In this document: one piece after another, positions 8,887 to 18,031 of the stretch | How the letters are laid out: every line of letters starts with the position of its first letter | Position numbering within the stretch: the first letter of the stretch is position 1 | DNA from: a virus | Taxonomy: Duplodnaviria; Caudoviricetes | Virus record (IMG/VR): IMGVR_UViG_3300017978_000433 | Span: 1 to 30,708 of that record | Strand: one strand, 5' to 3' | DNA length: 30,708 nucleotides | The notes under the pieces: generated by a model | What the model was told of the DNA's origin: nothing | What the model saw: only the letters and a program-made list of their open reading frames with translations | Database searches by the model: none | Made by a program: the position numbers and the translations under genes

Positions 8887-11800
8887 TTAAAATTGAACAA
8901 TTGTTCGTAGTGTAATAGTTTCGTCACCAGAAGGTGTGAAGCCTTGCTTATTGTCAATGTAAAGTAGCTGACCAGAGAACTTATCAAAGTTCGGCATACC
9001 AACAGAAATAGCAGTAAAGTTGTCAGAGATGTTAGATTCTCTGATGAATACGTCGTTAGATTCAGGGATATCACTGTCCAACGATTGAACCAACGCAAAG
9101 GCTGGTGATAGAGAAACAATACGGTAACGTTTCTTAGACTTAGTGGAACCAACATAGTTCAACTTAGCAAAACCGTTTGTTTCTGTACCAGTAGTAGATG
9201 TAGGAGCAGAAGAACCTGCAGCGCCACCTTCAGCAACAGCATAAATTCTTTCACCAGTCCAAATAAAGTCACCTGTATTCAAAGTGATAGATGGAGCCCA
9301 CTCTAAGTCTGGGTGAGTGATACGCTCAATATACAAGTTCTCGTCTTTAGAGAATCTTTGAATATTAACTGGAGCTTGAACAATAAAGCAAGCAGAACCC
9401 AATGAACCTTGGAAACGCTCGAAACCATCAAACACGCGAGGGTCTTTCAAGATACCAACTTGACGGTAATCGTTACCAACCACAACACCTTGGTTAAGGT
9501 CGTTAGAAACGTTAGTATAGAACATCAAGTTTGTGGCATATAGTTCTTCTGGAGAACTCTTACCGTGACCACCGAATGGAGAAATGATAGCTCTTAGAAG
9601 CGCACCTGAACCGTTACCAATGATCTTAACGTTAGCATACGTGTATCCTTCACCACGGTTAGTGATTTGAACCTTTGTGATAGCTTGTGTAATTGGATCA
9701 ATAATAGCTTTAGCAGTAGCACCAGTTCCATCACCTTCAATCAAGATGTTAGCAACACCGTAAGAGTAACCACCAGAAACAATCGCGATAGCGTCAATTG
9801 TACCAGCTGGTGTTAGAATTTCGTTGTTGGCTTGTTGTGATGAAATAGCACCCAGTGAAAGGTCAGCTGTTAATAATGCGCCTTGACCATCGCCTGTCAC
9901 GCTGATGGTCGCTTTAGTGTAACCAACCCCAGGATCGTCGATAACCAAATAGATAATCTGGCCATTTTCTGTAATAGCAGAAATCTTAGCTTCAGACTTA
10001 GCAGTAAAGAAGTTAATCTCAGCGCCAGTTCCATTCTCGTCGATGATATTAACTGCTGGAGTTACAGAGTAACCTGCACCATAACGCATAACAGCGTAGC
10101 CAGTCGCAACAGAACCATCTCTTCGCATAGAAGCACAAATACCAACATAGCGTAGACCAACACCATAAGTAGCGCCAGAGCCATCACCAGAAGTAAAGTC
10201 TGGTGCAGTTGTACTTGTATATCCATCTTCCAAGATTAGATACATGTGTTTAACGCCAGAGATTTCTTGGTATACTGTATCGCCATTGAACACTTGAGTA
10301 GTTGACACCCAAGGTACAGAAGAATATTGTGTGCCGTTGTTCCACGATGGAGACACGTGACCGAGGAAACCACCTTCAACGATAGTGTAAAGGTTGGCAC
10401 CGTTAGAGAACTGGTCGTTAGTGTAAACTTCTAACCCTTGTGACCATGGAGTGCCAAAAGTAACTGACGGAACTCCAAGATAATTCTCACCAGCGTTAAT
10501 AACAGTTGTTGAAATAACACGGTCGGCATATAGCTTACAACGAACAACCGCATAGCTACCTCCACCGCCAGTGATAGTAACTTCTGGTGGTTGTAGATAA
10601 CCAGAACCAGGACTAATCAAAACAACTTCACGGATACTTCCGATTAATGCTACGTCGTCAATAACGCCAGTTTCAACCGTTGCACTGGCCATTGCGCCGA
10701 AGCCAACATCACCAGGGGCTGGGTCAATAGAAATTTCTGGGTCAGTATATCCTTCGCCACCGTCAACGATAACAATATCTAAAACTGGAGAACCTGAAAG
10801 AATTACACCCATTGTGCAACCAGAGCCAGATACGTCTTCAATACGAATAGTTGGAGCTGTTGTATATCCAGCGCCGCCAGATACAACAATAACTTCGTCG
10901 ATATCACCGTTTACGATAACTGGTTGTAAGATTGCGCCAGAACCACCACCACCAACAACAGTTAGAATTGGAGAAACGTAGTTGTGGTTAGAACTAGAAT
11001 TATTAACTGTAATAGAACTGATTGAAGAATCACCAATCAAAGCAGTAGCTTGAGCACCTTGGCCAGTTGGGTCATTGATGGTGATAATTGGAGGCAGAGT
11101 ATAAGCAGAACCGCCGTTTAGAATTTCAATACCAGTAATGTTTCTATCGTTTCGTAAAGTCAAAGTACCACGCATAGTAGTACCACGATACTTCAAAGCA
11201 GATGTACCGTTTAGAACTGTACCAAATTTATGGCTAGGTTGTACTGGCCCCATTTGACCAGGTGTAGAGATTTCATAGAAATCATCATAGCTGTTCTTAA
11301 TAATTTGTCCCAAGTTCACCGCACCGTTTGGGATGAATGGTGAGAATGATGAGAAAGGTGGAGCAAATTCGATAGTTGCGCCGTTAGAGTAACCAGTACC
11401 CTCAGTCACAACAGTTGCTCTTGTGATAAGAATAGGGTCAGACTCTCTGTACCCGTCACCAGTTACAGAAACGATAGCACTAGAATAACCTTCACCACGG
11501 TTTGTGATGTAAACGTTATCAATTGTACCGTTAGAATAGAAGTGGTTAGTTAGAGCAGAAACCACAGGGATATATTCATCAGTGTAAAATTTATTACGAA
11601 GGTTAATTGGAATGTTATACATGAACTTCCAAATATATCCCTCTGATGTTTTGATAGGGTCTAGTTGTGTACCAGATGGTTTAATCTTAGACAAAGCACC
11701 GTTGTTATTGTCAAGGCACTTGTAAACGTTATACTCGTCTGTAACAACATAGAACTCAGCATCTTCAACTTTCTGCGCACCAGTTGATGACAAACCAATC

Positions 11801-12324
11801 TTAACACGAAGCTCGGCACCAGAACCAGAAGCCGAATTAATAGCGATGTCTGGAACTGAAGTGTAGCCAGCACCAGGGTTTGTTAAAACAATACCAGAAA
11901 TAGATGAGCCAGTAATTTCAGACACAACAGCTGTTGCGCCAGAACCACCGCCACCAGTAATAACTAATTCAATGTCTGATACGTTGATATATCCAGAACC
12001 GCCAGAGATGATGTTAACACCAATAACCTCGTCAGAATACATGTCATCGTACATGTCATAAACAACATCAGACGCCCAATCTCTACGCTTAATAACGAAA
12101 GAAACGTCTGATGGTTTAATTTCTTTAATAGTGATAATCTCATTACGAACGTCATGGTCGTAAGTCAAACTATCGATCGGTTTAGGTGGGTTGTTTTCGT
12201 CAACCCAGTCTAAGGTCTGACCTAGAAAATAGTAGTATGAAGAAGACTTCGTAACAACGTCCCTGAATACGCCTTCAGCTAATGCTTTAAATAGGATCGT
12301 TTTTACTAATTTTGTATCTGCCAT
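8887..12324 (-). CDS. gp8: Baseplate wedge subunit gp8, expanded by repeat insertions
   Basis: gp8 core motifs YYYFLG...W, R.DW....YDMY, FYVVTDEYNVYKCLDN, GYIWKFMY, NDYRQVGILKDP, SGQLLYIDNK; 1145 aa. Confidence 0.85.
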   Translation of the reverse strand: MADTKLVKTILFKALAEGVFRDVVTKSSSYYYFLGQTLDWVDENNPPKPIDSLTYDHDVRNEIITIKEIKPSDVSFVIKRRDWASDVVYDMYDDMYSDEVIGVNIISGGSGYINVSDIELVITGGGGSGATAVVSEITGSSISGIVLTNPGAGYTSVPDIAINSASGSGAELRVKIGLSSTGAQKVEDAEFYVVTDEYNVYKCLDNNNGALSKIKPSGTQLDPIKTSEGYIWKFMYNIPINLRNKFYTDEYIPVVSALTNHFYSNGTIDNVYITNRGEGYSSAIVSVTGDGYRESDPILITRATVVTEGTGYSNGATIEFAPPFSSFSPFIPNGAVNLGQIIKNSYDDFYEISTPGQMGPVQPSHKFGTVLNGTSALKYRGTTMRGTLTLRNDRNITGIEILNGGSAYTLPPIITINDPTGQGAQATALIGDSSISSITVNNSSSNHNYVSPILTVVGGGGSGAILQPVIVNGDIDEVIVVSGGAGYTTAPTIRIEDVSGSGCTMGVILSGSPVLDIVIVDGGEGYTDPEISIDPAPGDVGFGAMASATVETGVIDDVALIGSIREVVLISPGSGYLQPPEVTITGGGGSYAVVRCKLYADRVISTTVINAGENYLGVPSVTFGTPWSQGLEVYTNDQFSNGANLYTIVEGGFLGHVSPSWNNGTQYSSVPWVSTTQVFNGDTVYQEISGVKHMYLILEDGYTSTTAPDFTSGDGSGATYGVGLRYVGICASMRRDGSVATGYAVMRYGAGYSVTPAVNIIDENGTGAEINFFTAKSEAKISAITENGQIIYLVIDDPGVGYTKATISVTGDGQGALLTADLSLGAISSQQANNEILTPAGTIDAIAIVSGGYSYGVANILIEGDGTGATAKAIIDPITQAITKVQITNRGEGYTYANVKIIGNGSGALLRAIISPFGGHGKSSPEELYATNLMFYTNVSNDLNQGVVVGNDYRQVGILKDPRVFDGFERFQGSLGSACFIVQAPVNIQRFSKDENLYIERITHPDLEWAPSITLNTGDFIWTGERIYAVAEGGAAGSSAPTSTTGTETNGFAKLNYVGSTKSKKRYRIVSLSPAFALVQSLDSDIPESNDVFIRESNISDNFTAISVGMPNFDKFSGQLLYIDNKQGFTPSGDETITLRTIVQF

Positions 12325-12374
12325 TTTTAATTCCGTCGATAGTTTAACTTGTTATAATATAGAAAAACTAGAGA

Positions 12375-12839
12375 TTAACTTACTGTAACTTTCCAAGTGA
12401 TAGCAATAGTATCACCAGCTTGCTTAGTAACAACTGGGAACACTGTACGGCAAAGCATAGTACCACCAGTAGAAGCGTTGAAAATACCAGCTTCAGTAAT
12501 AGCACCAGTACCAGTACCTGCTGGGAATGTAGCAGTGTAAGTAATAGAGTTGTTTTCTTGTAAGTTACCAGATAGCAACACACGACCAGTTTGAGTACCA
12601 AGTGTAGTGTCTTCTGCCAATGGAGAAGCAGTACCTGTACCAATACCCATGTGTGACATGGCAACTGGAACGTCTTGGTTAGTGGCAATCATCTTACCAG
12701 CAATGTAGATTTTACCAGTAGTAACAACTAGGTTAGGAACTTCAAATTGTTCAGTAACTTTACCTAGTTCGTTTGTTTTAGTAACAGTAACCCAACCCTT
12801 TGGGCTTACTTGGCTTCCTTGTTTAATTTGTTCAATCAT
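12375..12839 (-). CDS. 154-aa virion protein resembling a tail-fibre N-terminal/baseplate-anchor domain
   Basis: Start revised to ATG 12839 (AAGGAG SD upstream, removes overlap with the upstream gene); NLVVTTGK...MGIGTG...DTTL...ITEAGIF...ML.RTVF motifs. Confidence 0.65.
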   Translation of the reverse strand: MIEQIKQGSQVSPKGWVTVTKTNELGKVTEQFEVPNLVVTTGKIYIAGKMIATNQDVPVAMSHMGIGTGTASPLAEDTTLGTQTGRVLLSGNLQENNSITYTATFPAGTGTGAITEAGIFNASTGGTMLCRTVFPVVTKQAGDTIAITWKVTVS

Positions 12840-12849
12840 AGTGTCTCCT

Positions 12850-15486
12850 TTAAGATGAGAAAGTTGATGGTCGTTCATTAGAATAATGTTCTAATTGATA
12901 AGAACCGTGTTCATAGGGCTCAAATACCACGAATCCATCTTCTGGGTATTGCCCAGATGTTGGATCAATAATTGTATTTAGGGTAAATTCAATAGCGTGG
13001 CGCTCGGACATTGGAACAAAATCTGTAAATGCTTTTGTCGTCAATACCTTTGCAAATATCTCTAAAAGTTGTGTTGTATCGGCTGTAGTTTTGGTAAACT
13101 GTTTAGATACAACTTCCGTCATAAAGACCGATTCGGCTTGGCCAGTTAGACCAATGCCTTTGGTGAAGAACTTGTCAAACACTTCTGCGTTTGACACACT
13201 ATCTTCTAATTTCTTAGTAAATAACCAAGAAAGTACATCAGTGATGTTGTTACCATCATACTCAGTTTCAAGGTACTTATAGGCTGAATAGAAAGTACCA
13301 CGAATAACGTTACCGTTAGAGTCTAACTCATAACCGTCAGAAGCAATAACAGTATCGTATAAAGTAACACCAAGAGATTTGACGATAGAAGTAAGAGCAA
13401 CAGCAAGTTGAATCTTGTTGTTAATACTATACTCGCCGAACATCGCCATACCAGCTGGGTGAAGCATAGAACGAACAACAGAGGCATACTTCTCTAATTG
13501 CTCGTCGATCTTCAACACGTAGGCAAACGCTTGGAAGTAATATGAGTCTTGGATCATCATAGAATCATCCAAGAAACCGTCGTTCGTCTTGTAATAGCCA
13601 GGATACTTGGAAACAGCATCCAAGCTAACGTTCAAGATAGCTGGGTCATCACCCAACGTGTCAGCAGCGTTAATAAAGAACTGACGGGCGATAGTACCAA
13701 CATAACCACCGTTGGCGTAACCATATGAACCAACAACTTTTAAAGTTGGTACAGATAGATATCCGTGTCCTGGGTATTTGACTTTACAGCTAGTAATTAC
13801 ACCATCAACAATTCCATCAACTTTAACTACTGCGCGAGCAGAACCATTAATGTTTACGCCGTTACTTTGAGGATAGTTGATGTCAATAAATGGAGTTGGG
13901 ATATCATATCCAGAACCACCGTTAGTGATAGTGTATGACGTGATACATCCGTCTTTAATAACTGCAGAAACTTCAGCCCCAGTACCGTCACCATCAATAT
14001 TGATAGTTGGGTTAGTATACCCGTGTCCAAAGTTGTCGATAACAATACTTGTAATCTTACCGTCTGTAATCACAGCGTCGGCAGTTGTTCCAGTTCCAGT
14101 TGGGTCTGTAATTGTAACAGTGGCAGTAGTATAATCCTGACCTTGGTTTGTTACATTGATATCAGTAATAACATCGTTTCTTAACTGAGGTGCAACAATG
14201 TTAGCAAATCTACCGTGTTCGCTAGAGTCCCAGTAGTCGCCCATGTTGACGTAACCAGATTCAGTAAAACCTTCTGTCTTGTCATTAAAGTTGTAATCGT
14301 AGTCAGCGCCGATAACAGGCTTAACTGAGCCGCCATTACCAAGAACGTCTCCTGGGGCATTAGTTACTTGCGCAAATACTTCACTATATCCAATACCGAA
14401 ATCATCAATAACAATTTCTGTAATAGAACCATTCTCAATAACAGCATGAGCAGCTGCGCCTGTACCGTCACCAGTAATTTCAATTAGTGGAGGGAGTTGG
14501 TAGTTTTGACCACCAGTTAGAATTTTGTATTCTACAACTTTACCGTTACTTGCAACAGTGTATGTTAAGTCTGATACAACAACGTTTCGTTTACGCTTAG
14601 AAGTTACAGCTGAAGTTGGAAGTACAGTTACAGAGAAACTTGTATTGTAGAAAAGACCGAACTTAATAACGTCGATTGTTTTCAAACCACCAGTTTCAGT
14701 AACCGTAGCAACCTTGAACCAGAACGGTGTACCTTCACCAGTGTTTAACTGGAACACCATACCAGGTCTAAAGTTTTTACCTGCATCGCTAATTTTAATC
14801 TTAGCAGTGTTTGGAAGAATAGTAGCCTGAAACTCAGAGCCATACTTAACCGTGTTGTTTGGTGCAATATCACCGTAGAAGTTTCTGTCTAAGAATAATT
14901 CCCAGATGTTAAGAGCTTCGTTTACAACAACTGCGTTCTGAACGCTGGCAGTAACGCCAGAGAAAGCGTCAACCCCAGAAACAACAGCCGTGTTGTAAAT
15001 CTTTTTACCAGTTTGTACGTTAATCGTTTTACCGATTAGTTTGATCGGATCACCCTGAGCAACTTGTACGAAAATAGAAACGTCTTGAGTCCAGCGACCA
15101 TCAGACACGCGAAGCATCTGGCGTCCAGGATAGTCAATGAATACGTCCTTACCGTATAGCAAACGGAATAGAAGTTTATATGACGCTTCAGAACCTTTGG
15201 CTAAGTATTGTTCCTTGATATGCTTTAACAAGAAACGTTCAGTGTTGACGTCCGTACTAACAACTGGATAGTTGTGAGCAAGCTCACCCTTGAAGAACTT
15301 CAAATATTCTTCTAGGGTGTTGTCAATATCTCGTACCTGCTTTAAATCAACCCCTTGATTATCCAAGTATTCGTAATATGCCTCAACGAAAGATACGAAC
15401 GTTGGATATTCGGATCTTACGAATTCAGGTAATTGATGCGCTGCTAAGTTTTTCAGCGCAACTCTAAGGTTGTTATTCTCAGCCAT
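12850..15486 (-). CDS. gp7: Baseplate wedge protein, gp7-like
   Basis: Follows gp6; QLPEFVRSEYPTFVSFVEAYYEYL, Y.AKGSE.SYKLLFRLLYG, IQDSYYFQ.FAYV and HPAGM..FGE motifs. Confidence 0.75.
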   Translation of the reverse strand: MAENNNLRVALKNLAAHQLPEFVRSEYPTFVSFVEAYYEYLDNQGVDLKQVRDIDNTLEEYLKFFKGELAHNYPVVSTDVNTERFLLKHIKEQYLAKGSEASYKLLFRLLYGKDVFIDYPGRQMLRVSDGRWTQDVSIFVQVAQGDPIKLIGKTINVQTGKKIYNTAVVSGVDAFSGVTASVQNAVVVNEALNIWELFLDRNFYGDIAPNNTVKYGSEFQATILPNTAKIKISDAGKNFRPGMVFQLNTGEGTPFWFKVATVTETGGLKTIDVIKFGLFYNTSFSVTVLPTSAVTSKRKRNVVVSDLTYTVASNGKVVEYKILTGGQNYQLPPLIEITGDGTGAAAHAVIENGSITEIVIDDFGIGYSEVFAQVTNAPGDVLGNGGSVKPVIGADYDYNFNDKTEGFTESGYVNMGDYWDSSEHGRFANIVAPQLRNDVITDINVTNQGQDYTTATVTITDPTGTGTTADAVITDGKITSIVIDNFGHGYTNPTINIDGDGTGAEVSAVIKDGCITSYTITNGGSGYDIPTPFIDINYPQSNGVNINGSARAVVKVDGIVDGVITSCKVKYPGHGYLSVPTLKVVGSYGYANGGYVGTIARQFFINAADTLGDDPAILNVSLDAVSKYPGYYKTNDGFLDDSMMIQDSYYFQAFAYVLKIDEQLEKYASVVRSMLHPAGMAMFGEYSINNKIQLAVALTSIVKSLGVTLYDTVIASDGYELDSNGNVIRGTFYSAYKYLETEYDGNNITDVLSWLFTKKLEDSVSNAEVFDKFFTKGIGLTGQAESVFMTEVVSKQFTKTTADTTQLLEIFAKVLTTKAFTDFVPMSERHAIEFTLNTIIDPTSGQYPEDGFVVFEPYEHGSYQLEHYSNERPSTFSS
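12975..12982 (-). promoter_or_regulatory. Possible internal late promoter (CCTAAATA)
   Basis: Same octamer as at 25611 and 26078; about 135 nt upstream of the 154-aa gene; lies in coding sequence so could be chance. Confidence 0.4.
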
Positions 15487-15487
15487 A

Positions 15488-17326
15488 TTACTTTAGGTTT
15501 CTGATAGAAGTGAAGATATAGTTCTTACCAGCTTGGTTAGAACCAGCAGCAGTCATATCGTTAATTACGTTTACGCTCAAATAGTTACGAGCAACTTGAA
15601 CGATCTGGTTATACGCTGTAACAACGTCATAAGATTCTGGCTTCAAGATGAATTCAAAAGTAGCGTCAGCCATAGAAGTGATAGTTAAGTTACGAACGAT
15701 TAGAGTACCGTTTGCATAATCAACTTCGCCAATCTTTGGGTTCACAATATACTTATTCTGTTGAGCATCATAGTAGAATAGACGTAAGTTACCCTGACCA
15801 TCATCGTCAATGTAGTGGATGTTAGCAGTGTTTGGAATATAGAAACCAGTAGAGATAACAGATTCAGCAGGAATTGTAGAGTTGAAGATCGGGTTGATCA
15901 TGTTCAACTTGTATTCAGCTGATAGGTTATATCGTGGAGTAAATTCACGGCGAACTAGAATCTTAGTCGTGTTGTTAACAACAGCTTGGTCAACCTCGTC
16001 AATCAAACGAACAAGTTGAGAGTAACGTAATACACCGTCGAACTGTCTCAAGTTAGTATCGTCGTAAGTGTAGATGGCTTCACGAATTAGAGTTTCCAAC
16101 TGAGCTGGAGTTTTGTCAGATACCTTAGCATTATAGTAAGCTGTAACGTCAATCTGGACGTTGAAGTATTCTGGGTCAATAAACTCAGGCGTGATAGAAA
16201 CAACAGACTTCGGAGCGATAATCTGGTTCTTGATGTAATCTTTTTCAGTATCAGTTAGTTTGTTTGTGTCTTTTGGTTTCACACAAATAAATGTCTTACC
16301 ATAAATAGGCGGATCGTTATCTTCACCACCCCAAACAACCACTGATGAAGCAGAAGGGAAGTTTCTGATAATTAGAGTCTTGTAATCTTCAGTTGTCACG
16401 GCACGGTTTTGTGCAGCGAACATACGTGGAGCGTTGTACTTAATAGCGTCAACGTCTTCTGGTGAAGAACCACCAACAGCGGCAGTTGAAGCAACAACAG
16501 TTAGACCAGAACCCAAAAGGGCAGTACCAGCGTATGAGAAAGTGTTAGAACCGTTTGGTCCTTCCAAAGAAGAAACATAGTATTCAAACGTTAGGAAGTT
16601 ACCGTCAATTGGTTTGTAACCAACGATACCATCGCCAAAGTAAATTTCATAGATACCATCATCCAACTCTTTAATAAAGTAAGACTTAGAGTTAGAATCC
16701 ATGTCCGTAACTGCACCAGCTGAAGTATAAACAACGAATGTATCAGAGTCAGCTGTTTCGCGGATCTTAACAATCAATGTTGACAAGTCAACGTTTGCGT
16801 TTGGAATAATGTATTTCTGACCTTGACGAATCGTATAGCTGTACGTCAGAGGAATACCTTCAATCAATTCGATGTCGTTAAACGTATAAGTACCACCAAC
16901 GGCAACAGTAGTAACGTCGGATGTGTTATAGAATGTGTATGACACACCGTCAATCGAAGTCAAGAACGGTTGGTTCGCTGGGAGGGTAATAACGCTCTGA
17001 AAGTATGTCGGAGCAGTAATCGTAGCGTTTACATACGCTTTGGCGCAAGTAGCTGAGCTTGGTACATAACCAAGCATCTTAGCGATAGAAACAACAGATG
17101 CACGTTTGCTAGCAGAGTCAAGGAACATCTCGTTGACTGCTAAGTTAGTGTACAGGTTGTTATAGTGGGTGTTGTATGCTAGTAAGTCCAACAAGATGTT
17201 GAAAGAAGAACCTTCAAAATCATAGTCTTGGAATTTATCTTGTGATGAAAGGAAGGTTTTAAGGTTATCCTTAATTTCATCAAAGTCTAGTGCATTAACT
17301 TTAATACGTTTTGTTGATTGTGCCAT
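15488..17326 (-). CDS. gp6: Baseplate wedge subunit gp6
   Basis: LDFDEIK.NL..FL..Q..FQDYDFEGS...LLDLLAYNTHY, YEIYFGDG, QNRAVT.EDY, WGGE motifs; 612 aa. Confidence 0.95.
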   Translation of the reverse strand: MAQSTKRIKVNALDFDEIKDNLKTFLSSQDKFQDYDFEGSSFNILLDLLAYNTHYNNLYTNLAVNEMFLDSASKRASVVSIAKMLGYVPSSATCAKAYVNATITAPTYFQSVITLPANQPFLTSIDGVSYTFYNTSDVTTVAVGGTYTFNDIELIEGIPLTYSYTIRQGQKYIIPNANVDLSTLIVKIRETADSDTFVVYTSAGAVTDMDSNSKSYFIKELDDGIYEIYFGDGIVGYKPIDGNFLTFEYYVSSLEGPNGSNTFSYAGTALLGSGLTVVASTAAVGGSSPEDVDAIKYNAPRMFAAQNRAVTTEDYKTLIIRNFPSASSVVVWGGEDNDPPIYGKTFICVKPKDTNKLTDTEKDYIKNQIIAPKSVVSITPEFIDPEYFNVQIDVTAYYNAKVSDKTPAQLETLIREAIYTYDDTNLRQFDGVLRYSQLVRLIDEVDQAVVNNTTKILVRREFTPRYNLSAEYKLNMINPIFNSTIPAESVISTGFYIPNTANIHYIDDDGQGNLRLFYYDAQQNKYIVNPKIGEVDYANGTLIVRNLTITSMADATFEFILKPESYDVVTAYNQIVQVARNYLSVNVINDMTAAGSNQAGKNYIFTSIRNLK

Positions 17327-17718
17327 TAGCGTGTTCTCTCTAATACGAAGTCAAGAGTTATTGGTCGTTCGGTGTTTACGATTCTAAAAACCACGTTGAT
17401 ATATAATGAGTTGTTCTCATCCGATGCAATAACGTTGACGTCTATTAATTGCACTCTTGGTTCAAAGTTTGAAATAATGTCGACGATAGCTCTTCGAGCC
17501 ATCTTCTCAGTAAGTGGTGTTATGTTCTCAAATAGTAGTTCTCTTAATGGAGAACCAACTTCACTATGAAAAGGCTTCTCATAGTGACGAATCTGAAGTA
17601 GGTTTTTTACAGCCTGCTTGATAGCATTCTCGTCGTGCTTCTGAACCAAGTCTCCCGTCACTGGGTGTGGGGAGAAGTTAAAGTCTAAGTCCGAGAATGT
17701 TCTTGTATTTCTGCTCAT
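17326..17718 (-). CDS. gp25: Baseplate wedge subunit gp25
   Basis: FSDLDFNF..HP.TGD...AIKQAVKNL...EKPF...G...LLFE...I.NFEPRV motifs; TAATG overlap with gp6. Confidence 0.92.
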   Translation of the reverse strand: MSRNTRTFSDLDFNFSPHPVTGDLVQKHDENAIKQAVKNLLQIRHYEKPFHSEVGSPLRELLFENITPLTEKMARRAIVDIISNFEPRVQLIDVNVIASDENNSLYINVVFRIVNTERPITLDFVLERTR

Positions 17719-17724
17719 AGATAT

Positions 17725-17732
17725 TATTTATT
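17725..17732 (-). promoter_or_regulatory. Late promoter (AATAAATA) overlapping the PAAR stop codon, 6 nt before the gp25 ATG
   Basis: TAAATA core; no SD before gp25. Confidence 0.6.
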
Positions 17733-18030
17733 CTATAAAACTGTTGTCTGAACCTTTGGCGATATAATCACCATCGTTTAATTTATCACCAATTCTTGCT
17801 AAGTAATACCCTTCAATTTTAGTCTTGCTAGACCCCTCAACTGGGTATCTTATTTCCTGAGGGTGAATTTCTTGACCCTTAGAGTGTAATATAAACTGAC
17901 AAGAAGGATCTACAACTCCTGGCTTCTTACCATTAAATTTGGTCTTAGAAACTGGAGACGTCACCATCTTAGTCGGTGGGAATCCATCGTGACCAGTTGT
18001 AGTATCTCCGATAACTGAAACTCCTGGCAT
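17728..18030 (-). CDS. gp5.4: PAAR-like spike tip protein (gp5.4)
   Basis: 100 aa; GD...GH..FPP, three His, GSSK...G..LARIGD and GS..FI motifs; lies between gp5 and gp25. Confidence 0.85.
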   Translation of the reverse strand: MPGVSVIGDTTTGHDGFPPTKMVTSPVSKTKFNGKKPGVVDPSCQFILHSKGQEIHPQEIRYPVEGSSKTKIEGYYLARIGDKLNDGDYIAKGSDNSFIE

Positions 18031-18031
18031 A

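Noticed and set aside
1504-12324. Inteins or introns accounting for the very large genes
   Set aside because: No intein terminal motifs with LAGLIDADG blocks and no frame interruptions were seen; repeat modules explain the size.
12325-12374. Possible hairpin or terminator (TAGTTT...AAACTA) upstream of gp8
   Set aside because: AT-only 6-bp stem with a large loop and no following U-tract; too weak to call.
12840-12878. Upstream start for the 154-aa gene
   Set aside because: It overlaps the gp7-like gene; the strong AAGGAG SD points to ATG 12839.
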